Source of the DNA: Lytechinus pictus
Lineage: Eukaryota
Direction of reading: 5' to 3'
NCBI RefSeq assembly: GCF_037042905.1
Contig: NC_087251.1
Span: 1,054,001 to 1,118,000 of the forward strand
DNA length: 64,000 bases
Numbering within the stretch: position 1 is the stretch's first letter; each line of letters starts with the position of its first letter. The notes below the pieces were generated by a model. It had not been told where the DNA came from. It searched no databases and saw only the letters and a program-made list of their open reading frames with translations. Below, piece by piece: positions 25,101 to 38,400 of the stretch. Position numbers and translations under genes: made by a program.

Positions 25101-28100
25101 TTACATTTTAAGCAGGGTCCTTGGAAATGATTCTTTAAGACGGGGTGCTGGTTAGGACAAAAATGACAAGCAAAAAAGGAAGGTGATTTTGGTTAAATTT
25201 CTACCCTTTGGCATACCAACTTGATTTCCAGGGGGTGTTGCCTATAGTGTATAACATACGCAGCAATACAAATCCGGAGGGGTACTTAAGCACCCCTGTA
25301 AGCACCCCTGTTTCCTGGGGCCATGATTTTGATTACTTAATGGTTTGTTTTACTGTACTGTCACATCAGATGTTTCATAAAATTGTTATGAATGCATGAC
25401 TACACAAGACAGGTGACATGTTCTTGTGCTAAATGAGATACCCCACAGTTTCCCTTGTGTTTTTATTTATTCATTTATTCACACATATTTAAACAGGTTC
25501 ACAAGATCAGAGATAAAATTACTGTTTTGCATCTTGGTCCTGGTGTATAAAAACATGATAAAATGGTAATGACAATAATAGGCATATAATAATAGGCATA
25601 TATAGAAAAACAGGGTAAGACATAAAAATATCAGCGTAATAAAAAAACATGGAAACACTATTGATCATCTTATTATTAATGGTAAAAAAATAGATAGGCC
25701 TACATGAATAAAAAGGGTAGGTAAACGTATAACCTTATCAACTACAGTATATAAACAATTGCAAAAAAAGTAGGGGCTGAGAGTTGTGAATAATGATAGA
25801 CAGAATAAAATTGTGATGTAAATTACTGAAAATATATAAGTTCAGGGATGGGATAATTATGACATATTAGATTTAGATTTTTTGTATAGAGACTTAAATA
25901 CATCTAAGGATTGAGCATTTTGGAAATTTTTGGGTAATTTATTCCATACTTTGGCACCGGCATATTTAAAAGATTGACAAAAGAGTTGAATATTAGGTTT
26001 TGGTGGTACAACATTAAGGGAGTTAGCATTACGAGTGTTTTTAAACAAAATTGGACTGAATTTTCTATGAACCCTAATCAAGTTGAAATATCATTCAGAT
26101 GTTTGTTCATAACAAAAATTCTAGTCTTTGATGATCAGATATCATTTGAAGCACACAGGCATCAAATTGATTTAGAATCTGATTTAATACCCAAGAACAT
26201 GCTCCAGACTCTTTTTGCATAACCCAGCTTTATGACATACCCCCTACTGTTTTTAACAGTATACTATGGAAAGGCACAAATAAGCCATTTTGTAAGTAGC
26301 TCTAAAGCATTTTTTGTAAGTGATCTTTTTTTTTTTTTAATAATTGCATAGGTACTCAATTATTTTGTTTATTATGTTATGTGAGCTTGCCATTCAACTC
26401 TAGTAAAGGAATCTCTGCATTGACCAGACACAACTTGTAGGTTACATGAATTTACAATTGGCAAAGCTTCTATGACATTGTCCTCTTAAACTAATTGACT
26501 ATCATTTGACCTGCTGCCATATACCAAAGATGACTGAATTCTTTTGTTGTTCTTTAAATGGGATAACAACCATATTTTCAATTAGCAGATGACTAATCAT
26601 GCTCATCTAAGGGATTTAAATTTAGGGCAAATGATTTTCATTTGCTCATATGCAAATTACAATTACAAATGGCTTATTAATATTCAAGATTATATGCATC
26701 AACCAAGCTCAAGAATTAACAGATTGTATAAAGTGTAGGCAACTGAAATTTTTGTTTACAATTGTTGGTAAAGGATGACTGAGGGTTATTAGCTAATATA
26801 TATACAGGTTTGCCGGTTGAAATAAAAGCTCTTGGGATCACAGTAATCTCCTTGTCTTGGGTGAAATTTGTCTTAGAAGATGTAACCAAAACATGTTTTT
26901 GCAGAATCTGGTCTGAATAAAGAAAAAACAAAACAAACAAGTGCTCACATAGCAACCAAGAATGCTTGTAGCATTTCCATTTATTTGAATATAGGATAAA
27001 AGAGCACCATTGATTAAATACCTTGCTGAAGGGCATAGGTGCCATGGCCAGGGATCTAACCCCAGACTTTCGTGTGTCTAGCCTGGTGTCTAATACTGCT
27101 TTCAGTAATTCGCTGATCCAGACTAGGCCTGGGCTAAGTCGTAAAGCTTTGATTTTATGAATGACATTGACTAAAATAGCCCACGCCATGCCCAGGCTAT
27201 TTTGGTGCTGCCATGCCCAGGGTATTTTGGTGCTGCTTTTATCAGCACTAGACCAGTGCCTTTGTAAAAAATTGCATAAAAAGGAGTGCGGATCTGCAAC
27301 AGTTACTGAACGCTTGCGGTGCAGACTTTTTTAATGTGGGTTTGGTGTGGACAAAAAAATCATGAGTTACTGAAAATGGTATTAGACCTCTCGGCCACTG
27401 CACCTCTACAGGTCTGTAAATTGCCTCCACTTGGGTGAATATCTGACTTAAAGGGGAACCCAGCCTTGGCCATAAAATTTTGTGTTGGGAAGGAGAAAAT
27501 AATTTAAACAGAATGGTGAAAGTTTGAAAGAAATCGGACAAGCAATAAGAAAGTTATATCTGCTTTAAAATTGAGATCATTAATAGTATGTAGATTTCAA
27601 ATTGGCAACTGGGTAAGTAAATTATGACAAGGGGCAAGGACAACTTTCCCATAGGCCATGTACTTTATTATCAGGGATTTGTGGTTTTCTCTTAAGTACC
27701 CATTCCCCTGGGGCAGTAATCTAAATATAATTCAGGTAGTATATTGTTTTATGTCCTCATGAAAGAAAAATATAACTTGAAATGAAACCTTTGGAAAAAA
27801 TGAAATTTTAGCCATAATATGTATTGGAGTACATGAAAGAGTAGTCCTTGCCTTACACCACTATGACATCCCATATGCGGCCAATTTGAAGTCTCCATGG
27901 GTATAGTGATTACCAATATTTACAACTTTAAAAATTCATAACTTTCTTGTTGTTTGTCCAATATTGTTCAAACTTTCACCTATCAACTTGTCTGATTTTT
28001 CTTTTTCTTATAAAAACAAGTTTTTGTCTCACCTGCATAGCAGAGTGAGACTATAGGCGCCGCTTTTCCGACGGCGACGGCGGCGGCGTCAACACCAAAT

Positions 28101-29820
28101 CTTAACCTGAGGTTAAGTTTTTTAAATGACAGCATAACTTAATATGTATATGGACCTAGTTCATGAAACTTGGCCATAAGGTTAATCAAGTATTACTGAA
28201 CATCCTGCATGAGTTTCACGTCACATGACCAAGGTCAATGGTCATTTAGGGTCAATGAACTTAGACCATGTTGGGGGAATCAACATCAAAATCTTAACCT
28301 AAGGTTAAGTTTTTGAAATGTCATCATAACTTAGAAAATATATGGACCTAGTTCATGAAACTTATACATAAGGTTAATCAAGTATCACTGAACATCCTGC
28401 ATGAGTTTCACGTCACATGACCAAGGTCAATGGTCATTTAGGGTCAATGAACTTTGGCCGAATTGGGGGTATCTGTAGATTTACCATCATAACTTTAAAA
28501 GTTTATGGATCTGATTCATGAAACTTGGACATAATAGTAATCAAGTATTACTGAACATCCTGTGCAAGTTTCAGGTCACATGATCAAGGTCAAAGGTCAT
28601 TTAGGGTCAATGAACTTTGGTCAAATTGGGGTATTTGTTGAATTACCGCCATAACTTTGAAAGTGTGTTGGTCTAGTTCATAAAACTTGGACATAAGAGT
28701 AATCAAGTATCACTGAACATCCTTTGCGCATTTTAGGTCACATGACCAAGGTCAAAGGTCAATGAACTTTGGCTTAATGGGGGTATCTGTTGAATTACCA
28801 TCATAACTTGGAAAGTTGATGGATCTTTCTCTTGAAACTTGGACATAAGAGTAATCAAGTATCACTGAACATCCTGTACGAGTTTCAGGTCACATGATCA
28901 AGGTCAAAGGTCATGTAAGGTCAATGAACTTTGGCCACGTTGGGGGTATTTGTTGAATTACCATCATATCTCTATAAGTGTATGGGTCTAGTTCATAAAA
29001 CGTAGAAATAAGAGTAACCAAGTATCACTGAACATCTTGTGCGAGTTATAGTAGTTTTCAAAATCAGCACTGCTGCTATATTGAATCGCGTGATGCAGGT
29101 GAGACGGCCAGAGGCATTCATCTTGTTATTTGGGTTGGATTCCCCTTTAAAGAAAGTTGACTTTACAGACTCTGCTGTATGTGATTAAAACTGTAGCAAA
29201 GCATTTGGATTAGCAGTTTGAAGTCAATGTGTTGTTTTTTCCTTCTTTTTCAGCTGGTCCTGGCTCATGTGTTCAATAAGCTTTCTCACCTAGTCAACAT
29301 CCTTACTATTCAGATCATTAAGGATGAATGGACTCGCATGAACCCTGTCTCTACGGCCATTGCTTCTAATAGATCAACACTCCCAGACTATACTCACGGA
29401 CTCTCCACTCCAAAGTCTATGTACAAGCCACCTGCATCATCTCTTCCATCTCACATGACAAGTAATACCCTTTTTGGTGCTGGAAATTCATATGCACCCT
29501 CAACGCCTCTAAGAGCACATAGCACCCCGTATGGGACGCCACTCAAAGACATCAGTTTCAATACAGACATGGATGATAGACCATCGCATGATGTACCATC
29601 ACCTGTAATGGCTGATCCTAAGTTAAAAGGAATCCTTCGGACAAACCCAAGTGGTGCTTATGGAGGAAGCAGACAAGGCCATCAGTTTATAAAGAATGAT
29701 AGGACATTACAAGGCTTAGCACCTCCAGGTTCAGGAAGTGCTGTCATAGATTTTAGTACCTTGGGTTCCGCGAAATCCTTTCCTACAACCACTAGTGCAA
29801 GGACTAACCTGAGAAGGTGA
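16159..29820 (+). CDS. SLC30A6: Zinc transporter 6 (ZnT6, CDF family), spliced; 5' end uncertain
   Basis: GT-AG exons in consistent phase: 16159-16268, 16741-16825, 17318-17426, 18269-18349, 18907-19086, 19616-19735, 22969-23119, 23913-24026, 29254-29820. Translation has ZnT6 signatures GTIQPF, WCQSTNSIALTAFTY, YGYERFEVLAVF, PEIHTGRL, SWLQEHFAD, MFPMSVYSGTILLQTTP, STLDGVLEFRNEHFWTLSFG, HVRVRRDADEQLVLAHV. Confidence 0.95.
17394..17787 (+). repeat. 72-bp minisatellite derived from an SLC30A6 exon/intron junction (~6 decaying copies)
   Basis: Unit caagcaaaaaccttcaagcatttatacttatgggtaagtc... starts at 17394, 17466 and 17538, with degenerate copies at ~17620, 17695 and 17767. Confidence 0.9.
17910..18237 (-). 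mobile_element. tRNA-derived SINE, same core as 6239-6600
   Basis: accgggtacccatttaacacctgggtggagagtggcaa is the reverse complement of the 6239 core. Tail ccgcatttatatagcgctt plus (aat)n. Confidence 0.8.
19984..22254. mobile_element. Non-autonomous DNA transposon with CCGG-(G)n termini and 8-bp TSD
   Basis: ccgg(g)n-tactc ... gagtg(c)n-ccgg termini. AGTCAAGT at 19976-19983 and 22255-22262. Confidence 0.85.
20451..22177. mobile_element. hAT-like non-autonomous element nested in 19984-22254
   Basis: TIRs taagcctgagtc / gactcaggctta. Exact 8-bp TSD GTAAAAAT at 20443-20450 and 22178-22185. TCGA-rich subterminal motifs. Confidence 0.87.
24640..25012 (-). mobile_element. SINE with conserved central core (Deu/Nin-type)
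   Basis: Core-like motifs gggttcttaacgtg and atttaacatcctatccaagggac. Degenerate reverse tRNA-like head ending gactgagcca. (tat)n tail at the left. Confidence 0.55.
25460..26081 (-). mobile_element. 5'-truncated CR1/L2-clade LINE 3' fragment
   Basis: Minus-strand translation NTRNAN...SFKYAGAKVWNKLPKNFQNAQSLDVFKSLYKK resembles the LINE ORF2 C-terminus; (aata)n-type tail near 25460. Confidence 0.7.
27452..29146. mobile_element. Kolobok-like MITE (TTAA TSD, AG...CT ends), interrupted by a HINE-like element
   Basis: ttaa|aggggaacccagcc ... ggttggattcccct|ttaa. Long imperfect inverted arms (agaaagttat / ataactttct). Confidence 0.8.
28021..29127 (+). mobile_element. Helentron/HINE (DINE-1-like) non-autonomous element, copy 1
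   Basis: Inserted in a T run. Asymmetric subTIRs gtctcacctgcat / atgcaggtgagac, (ggc/gac)n microsatellite, 5 complete plus 1 partial ~160-bp internal tandem units, short 3' tail. Confidence 0.8.
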
Positions 29821-30544
29821 AACAACTTTTGTTCATTCAGATGCAGATATAATTGCAAGAGATTTATTTTCCTTTGTCACAATTATATAAATAGTTATTT
29901 GTATGGGGGTTCGTTTATGTTCTTCAGAAAATTGTTCTTGGGCTGAGTCATGTTGGAAAATTTTGTTCTTTCCAGAATATTTGATGGGGTCTTACCAGTA
30001 TGAAACCTGTATTCCGATAGATGGATGTCAGAAATTTAAACCCAACAAAAACTTTAGTGATTTTCATATTCCCAGCAAATGAGACTCTGAACCTCTCTAT
30101 ATAAAAAAAACCCAATATAAACCATAATGAAATAAGAAACAATTTTAACATGTCATACCATCTTAGTTTTCTATCCCAAATCACAAATGTCTTTGATGAC
30201 TCAGTCATGTTCAGGGAGCCATCATATCATGCACTATCAGTCATATCTTGATCAACTGCATGAAGACTTACAGATTCCAATGTACCTGCTACGTCATGCA
30301 TCAAATAATGCCAACTGTCATTGATGGAAGACAACACCAACGATTCCAGACAAGAAAATGAAAAAATATGACATTAGTGTCAGTATTATGAGAAAGCTCA
30401 AATGAAATGAATACTGAACTTTTAACTCTCATATGAGTTGATATTTATGAGTACAAATTGTGCTACTATGCCTTATTTCATCAAAACTCTGCAATTGGAA
30501 AAATGTCTGACATAATCAGATTCCGGTGTTCTAGAATGCATGCT

Positions 30545-30811
30545 CAGGCCAACTGGTTCTCCAGTGGTTAGAGCATTGGACTCATAATCGCAAGGTTGTG
30601 AGTTCGAATCCCAACTCTGCCATTGTCTCCACTTTGATAAAAAGGCCCAAGAGTGATATCTGTCGTCTATTACGTCAGCCACTATGACTGATTAACTTAG
30701 ACGTAAAATGTTTCCAAGGTAATTGGTTATATACCAGCTTGGCGTTTACCAGCAAAAATGCTGTCCTGCCGAGTTCCTACGGGAGTTACCAAAAACAGAA
30801 ACAGAAACAGA
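30545..30811 (+). mobile_element. tRNA-derived SINE with (acagaa)n tail
   Basis: agtggttagagcattggactcataatcgcaaggttgtgagttcgaatccc resembles tRNA D, anticodon and T arms, but has no acceptor stem and continues into a ~200-bp body and simple-repeat tail. Confidence 0.75.
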
Positions 30812-31762
30812 GGTTTTCATATAAGATTCATGTTCTCACAGCCTGGCTTTATAGGGGTATATTGGACAGCATGTTTTTATGAAGCTTGTATTCATTGTTT
30901 TATATTTATTTAATAGCCATTCTTTCACGTTAAACTTAATACCTTGTTCTGAAATATATAAGGTTCCAAAATAGCCATGAGGTGTGCTAGATTAGTTTTG
31001 AAATTGAATTTTAAATAAAGTTTTCCCAAAATCAATCACTTGTGAAGATGGTGTAACACATTTGCTGCCCGCAGACATAGATGCATACTTCCTATCATTC
31101 CATCAACATACAAGCTGTTGTTCTTGTGTTGCTCACCCCATGCATTCAGAACAAGTGTTTTTGTATGATTAGTATACTTGCTTAACTCTTTATCAGGAAT
31201 CTCAAAGCACTCTTCAATAATACAGCATAATTACCCTGGCTTTGGAATAGCAGCTGTTACACTCTGTTTCAAAGATGAAATTTCTATTAAGTTCCAATTT
31301 ACCTTGGTCGAGTGCAGCAAAATATGGGTGAATATTATTTTTGAAGGAAATTAATGCCTGGGGTAGGATTTGAACCTATTACCCTCCTATTAAGAGACGT
31401 AAATCAGTATATACCATTACACTTCTTTTCTATTTGATGCAATGATTTCTTTTCCAGTGAGAAGCAATTATTTTCCTTTATATTTGAGGGTGTTTCATAC
31501 ACTGAGTGATCATGATAATGAATAAGACTTTAGAAATGATTTGGAGATTTTAAAAAATGGTAATATGTTTAACATAAGGTCAAGTTTAATTGTAGAATTT
31601 GAATTGATTTGAATTATAAACCAGACTAGTTAATGAAAATCAAATTTCTTGCCACAGTTTAATTTTTGTAAATCATGGGAGAAACCCTTACTGTTTTGGC
31701 ATTATTGTCAGGATAATAAAAGGTATTGTCATTCCAGATGGCTTTTTTATGTCCTGTTCAAG

Positions 31763-32738
31763 TTTTTGTCTCACCTGCATAGCAGAGTGAGACTATAGGC
31801 GCCGCTTTTCCGACGGCGACGGCGACGGCGGCGGCGGCGGCGACGGCGGCGTCAACACCAAATCTTAACCTGAGGTTAAGTTTTTGAAATGACAGCATAA
31901 CTTAGAAAGTATATGGACCTAGTTCATGAAACTTGGCCATAAGGTTAATCAAGTATTACTGAACATCCTGCCTGAGTTTCATGTCACATGACCAAGGTCA
32001 AAGGTCATTTAGGGTCAATGAACTTAGACCATGTTGAGGGAATCAACATCAAAATCTTAACCTAAGGTTAAGTTTTTGAAATGTCATCATAACTTAGAAA
32101 ATATATGGACCTAGTTCATGAAACTTATACATAAGGTTAATCAAGTATCACTGAACATCCTGCATGAGTTTCACATCACATGACCAAGGTCAAAGGTCAT
32201 TTAGGGTCAATGAACTTTGGCCGAATTGGGGGTATCTGTTGAATTACCATCATAACTTTGAAAGTTTATGGATCTGATTCATGAAACTTGGACATAATAG
32301 TAATCAAGTATTACTGAACATCCTGTGCAAGTTTCAGGTCACATGATCAAGGTCAAAGGTCATTTAGGGTCAATGAACTTTGGCCAAATTGGGGTATTTG
32401 TTGAATTACAGCCATAAATTTGAAAGTGTGTTGGTCTAGTTCATAAAACTTGGACATAATAGTAATCAAGTATCACTGAACATCCTGTGCGAGTTTCAGG
32501 TCACATGATCAAGGTCAAAGGTCATGTAAGGTCAAAGAACTTTGGCCACGTTGGGGGTATTTGTTGAATTGCCATCATATCTCTATAAGTGTATTGGTCT
32601 AGTTCATAAAACGTGGAAATAAGAGTAACCAAGTATCACTGAACATCTTGTGCGAGTTATAGTAGTTTTCAAAATCAGCACTGCTGCTATATTGAATCGC
32701 GTGATGCAGGTGAGACGGCCAGAGGCATTCCACTTGTT
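31763..32738 (+). mobile_element. Helentron/HINE-like element, copy 2
   Basis: Near-identical ends to 28021-29127. 4 complete plus 1 partial internal units and a longer GGC microsatellite. Confidence 0.8.
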
Positions 32739-33406
32739 TGTATAATAATGCATACTTACATAATCAAGTTGAAATATTGAATCAAATGAAATAGGGGTTA
32801 TTTTTCAGATTACTTCCATTGCATTCATATATTCATAGATTTTAACCATATTTTGGAGGGAGGGGGTCTTTGTTTTTAGTTTAAAAGTTTTTGAATCACA
32901 GCACGGAAAAAAGTAAAAATATGCAATTAACACTTCTATACTGTATATTGATATATTGTGGTGAAAGGTGTACCTTGAGATAAATCACTCTCCTGTTTTA
33001 TTGTCATTCATTAAGTTCATGTTAATTCACCATAATTAAAATGTAACAATGTAACAATTGATGTAAGAATTGTTTGTGTGTAGAATATTGGACTACAGAA
33101 ATTAAGGAAACAACGATGTACTGTGGAAAGAAACACATTTGTGTCAGTAGGTCCATGATAGAACAGAAAAACTTGTTTTTAGAATAAACATTGTCTGTTT
33201 AACCAAGTCTTGCCATTTGTGTTGATGACTTGATGATCAATGTGTAATTTTCCCTTTCTCAAATGCTAGCACTTAGTGAATAGGAATCATACGGGTAATT
33301 TCAAGTATGTCTCAGTCTCATGAACACAATGAAAATACCAATGTGAAATCAGATTAGATAACTGCACATTATTGGAGCTTTATACATTGACAGGATTGAT
33401 AATACA

Positions 33407-33585
33407 GGGGACTGTTTATAAAGCTGTTCGTAAGTACTTAAGAGTGACTTAAGAACAAATGGCGAACCTTTCTTGTGGTAAATAAAATTCTCCATTAAAT
33501 GTTCATTGGTGAATTAGTGTGTAAGGAAAGATCACCAGTTCTTAAAGTTGCTCTTAACTTACAAACAGCTTTATGAATCATCCTC
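33407..33585. mobile_element. Short palindromic MITE
   Basis: ataaagctgttcgtaagt...ttaagaac is inverted relative to gttcttaa...acttacaaacagctttat. Confidence 0.6.
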
Positions 33586-34319
33586 CTGCTTCTTTCTCTT
33601 CTCCGAGTGATTTTAGAGGTTGCATTCTGTACAATGAAATTCAATAAATGACATGAAATTTTGATTATTGATTTTGATTACATTGTCAATGGTGTAAAAT
33701 TGTACAATTAGTTGCTAAGCTTTGTGTTATGGGGCCCATATCTGAATTGATGAATATAATATTTTGAAGTCAACACAATATCAGCTCATTCGATTAAGGA
33801 TTTATTTGGAAGAGGGAAGGCAAGAGAAGTGCTAATCCTCAATACTGAAAGGAAATGGTTTATATGCACTTTGTATTTACACCACACAACAGGTTCTGCT
33901 CAGTTTTCCATTCAAGAATTGAAAGCTGAGTAGACTTAATTATTTTAGATGTGCTCAATCTTAAAACACAGGAGAACACACAAATTCACTTGAATGCAAT
34001 GTTATTGTAAGTATCAAGTATGTAGTATTATCATTGGAAATGCAGACTTATGTTGAATGATTGACAGGAAAGCGATTACTTGCCAACATCTTATCTTACT
34101 AGCCTTTAGGTCATGATTCTGTTTTCATAATCCTAGCATCAAATAATCTTGAGTTTATAATGATTCATGGGGTTTCTTAATTGTATTGTTTGGCTTTACT
34201 CATCTGCTATTGATTTAATTGTTGCTGATCCCTCCTATCCCATCCCCCCCAAGAAAAAGAAAAGGCAACTTTTTCAGATAGTATGAATTAACATATATGT
34301 CAAATGAATGACAATTTTA

Positions 34320-34748
34320 ATGAGGTTTGAGGTTTGCAATGCGGTCTGCAATATTTTTAAAATGAGATTTCATGTTTACAGTGCTTTGCAAAGGAAATAT
34401 GAGGTTTATAAAACTTTGTAAAGATTAACTCATAATTTTTGCAGATTAAAAACTACAAAAAGTGTTATGAAATTCGCAAAAAGAAAATGTTGGAGATAAC
34501 ATTGTTTGCAATACTTTTCGAAAAAGATTTCATGCAATTTGCAAAACCTTGCAAAGGAGATGATCCATTTTCAAAACATTGCAATGAAGATTTCTTGAGG
34601 TGTACAAAACTTATGAAAGTAGATTTCAGTAGGTTTGCAATAGTTAGCACACAAGGTTACACACGGTTTTTAAACTATTTCAAGGGTAATTTCATCAAAA
34701 CAACAAAACTTTGCTAAGGAGATTTCATGAAGTTTACAAAGGAGATCT
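34320..34748 (+). repeat. Degenerate ~32-bp minisatellite
   Basis: Recurrent gcaaaggagatttcatgaggtttgcaaaacttt-like units. Confidence 0.6.
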
Positions 34749-35329
34749 AAATCTTAGTAAAAAAATAAAATAAAAATTGATTATCATTCAAGAAAGGATG
34801 TCAATGTTGTAACTCGTGAAAAGGTTAATATTCCTTTACCCCAAATCACATGTTATATCATTTGGAGATGAATTTCTAAATAAAGTATAGTTTTGAAATA
34901 CAAGTAAATTATTTTCATGTTTGTGTGTTTAGAAAATGAGTTTTTGAAAGAAGAATGCAGTGAAGTGTGCTTTATTGTTTGAAGTTGGATGTATGAAGGA
35001 GTGTCAAAATGATGAGTTTCGTTTTTGTTTTTATAATAAACTGAATTTATGTGATTTATTTAACACCAGGAAGTAGAGGTTTCACCTGATATCATGCTTC
35101 ATATTCATCACTTCAAAAATACACATTCCTACCAAGAATAAGATTTTTTATTTTCAATTTTTACTTTATGAGATTTTTACAGAGCAATTCACTCAGATCG
35201 CAACTTCTACCCTAGCAGTCACACTAATTAGATCACTGGACTCTGCCTCACATTCAGCCATAAATTTATTGAATTACAATAATGCGCTCCCCCTCCAATT
35301 TGACCCTCTGGTCAAGATTATGCCACGCT

Positions 35330-35446
35330 GAGAAAGAGAGAAACTGATCCGAGCGCGTAGTGACGATAGCTAGCTAACTTGAACCAAGACTAGGAAGAAG
35401 ACGACCGGAGCAGGAATCCCACGTCAGTGTCATTCACTCCCAGATT
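35330..35446 (+). other. Putative non-coding first exon / promoter region of GALM
   Basis: CpG-enriched island in AT-rich DNA ending at donor tt|gtaagt (35447). The first coding exon has an acceptor tttttcag at 39198, upstream of the ATG. Confidence 0.45.
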
Positions 35447-38400
35447 GTAAGTTAACTTTCTAGATTTATTATTAACTTTCTAAATTTAAGTTTTTACAAA
35501 TAAATTTATAGTTTGGCGCTATTTGTATAGCCGAAAATATTGTAAAGACAGTCAGATGCACTTTTACATAACAAAGGTTTTTATTCAGCCCACAAGATCA
35601 AGATGGGCATCCATAGGCATAGTACCGTAATCACTAGGCTAGCGGATCGACTCGTGAGTCGTTCACTTGACGGGGGTCCGCTGCACTGCGGTTTGAATAA
35701 CGTTCGTAGGAATAGATCCAGCTCTTCGCTGAGCTAGCTGAGGCTGAGCGCTGACTCCAAAAGAAATAGAATACATAGGTGAGAAGTTGGTTCGGTCTCA
35801 AAATCAAAGGTGATCACCCCTGCCTCTGGATCTGCCTGTGTCTGTTGAATATTATATGTGCATTATTTATGGTTTAATATGTCAATGGTGACGGTACACA
35901 TTTCCTATTCTGCAGACATACTCGTAGTCATACTCAGTACCGTAGCCGCGTAGCTTAAAACTTAGTGAAAGTTTGTCTTTTCACATGTTTCAATTAAATT
36001 CTAAATGAATTAACAATAGATCTAGAGTAGACTAACTTTAATTGTTACTAAATGTTAGGTCTAACTCTAACAAAGTCACTCATTCAATGAACAAGGTTAT
36101 GATATAACCTTGTTCTCACTCAGTTATCTCCATGTGTGGCAAAATAAGGGTGGCAATGTTTGGCTTATTTTCTCTTTTTCTTTGGGACAAATGCTTAATT
36201 TTTTTTACACTAACAGTTTCCATTACACCTATTCGTCATACAACTTGATTCTTAAGTAAATTTAATCCTTTGAATTATTTTTTCTTAATTAAAAATAGAG
36301 ATTGAAAAATGAAAATTTTCTTGCCATATTACTTTCCACCAATAGAGGGCGTATACAAAAATGCCACCGACAGCTGCCTCGTCAAAGGGGGGCGGTCAAT
36401 TATTTTGAACATTTTTTTTCATTCTGTCCTCGATAGGGGAGGGGTCAATTAATTTTATATACATTTTTATTGTTTATGGGGGGGGGGTCTGCTACTGAGC
36501 ATGTTTTTAAAAGTGCTTAATATAACAGAAATTGTATGATTTAACACAATAAAATGTATCATGGAGGTTAATACTAAATTAATACATAATTAATAATAAT
36601 TGTTTTAATTGAAAATGAAAATAATAAAAGCATGCACCCATAGATCTTACAAACATCTCATAAATACAGGCCTAAACCTGTACTTGAAGTTGAACAGGCA
36701 TAAAGTATAAATGTTTAGCTCTAGCTCATGCTTTGATCCCGCAACCAAATAATGTTGGCATAAACTAGCTGTTATATCAGTGGGATAACGAGCGAAAAAA
36801 ATTAAGGGTTATAGATATGGCGTATCAGGCAAAATTTATAAAAGTATATAGTTGCGAGCAAGCGACATGAGCATAATTTAGACGTTTTTGTTACAAAAAT
36901 CCAATTAACAATTTCGCACGATTCTCTTTCCTTTTCTCTTTTTTTTCTTGTTCTGAAGAAATTTGGGGGCAAGGCCCCCCCCCCCATAAAGCACCACTCT
37001 TTGTTATGCCACTGTCTAAAATTGGATTTAAACTTTGAGAATTTTGATTTTCTTATCTAAGTAATCCAAAGGGACAAGACAAAAATATTTGCACATTATT
37101 TATTTCAAAGTATTTTTACCCAACTCCCCAACTCTGCTCTAGCTGCACTGCACGTTGCCCAGCGGCCACCCACCAAAGGGCCAGCCCGACTCGCCCCGTG
37201 CGCAAGTGACCGGGTTCGCGTAAGTTCACCCGAAGCCATGACTAAATTCTGACCATAAACATCACCTAATTAATCACTCTCTGACAATATTTCAAAGTAT
37301 CTTCTATTACAGTTGATCCTTTGGGCCGTTAAACGATAATATTTCCAATGTTATCATGACAAACAATTTTAATGAAATAGTGGCATTGTAGAAAAGAACA
37401 AATTTATAAGCACGAAATCCACCAGATATCTCATCAAACATACAGCACAGCGTTCGGGACTGGTGAGCGGTACGGCTCGCTTGGAGTTTTCGCCCCGACG
37501 AATTCGGCGAAAACGTGACCATTGTGCTGTGCGAATGTTCAACCTGCGGCTCTCAATCAGAGACTTGAATGTCTCTTTTTGCATTATCAAAAATATATCA
37601 TAAACTTCGTTTGATTTGTTTACACGTCTTTGCATATCCGTCATGATAATAAGGAAAATCCAGGATGTCTTCTTCTAATTCTGTAAAAATTACGTCTTCA
37701 AAGTGCCCGTGTCAGAAAATTGCCGGAAATCGTAAAAACTCGCCTAAAATCTCTCTTTTTGAAAGTTCATCCATGATCTTGAAAAAAATGTTATAAATTA
37801 TGTAGACATGTACCGTCAACAAATGCATCCTCGATCACTGAAATGAAGTCTTTGCTAAGCTTTTTTATCTCAGACCGCGTTACCATGGCAACTTGGGAAA
37901 ACCCTTATTTTTTATATAAAAAATTATGGTTTTAAGGGTCATTTTAGAGACATATAACTAACCCTATTTTGAATTATTGGGTTTAAATATCACATAAAAC
38001 TGAATTATCTATGTTTATACTTTCGTATATGAATATTCATATTTCTTGTAGAATCTTAGTTTTTGATTGGTCAATGTTTCAGTCATGGATAATGACTGAG
38101 CGTAAAAAAATCTGAAAATGCGCATTTTATCGGTGACCAACAAGCAAGATGGCGGAATACATTAAGTTGGCGCTATGCACGTACGTGGGCAGGCAAGATA
38201 AGATCACTTTGGAAAAAAGAAATTTATGCAATAACAAGGTAGATCAGTTCATGTCAAAAGAGAGAAAAGTGTCAATGGTTTATAAAACCGCAAAACTTTC
38301 TTTTGAAGAGGTACAACTTTTTTTTCAAGGATTTTGTCGGGCAAGTGAAATAGATATTTGGGCAAGTATATTCCAACTATTTAAAAATTTACTTGCCCGA

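Noticed and set aside
30550..30622. tRNA-Met(CAT) gene
   Set aside because: No proper acceptor stem; followed by a SINE body and simple-repeat tail.
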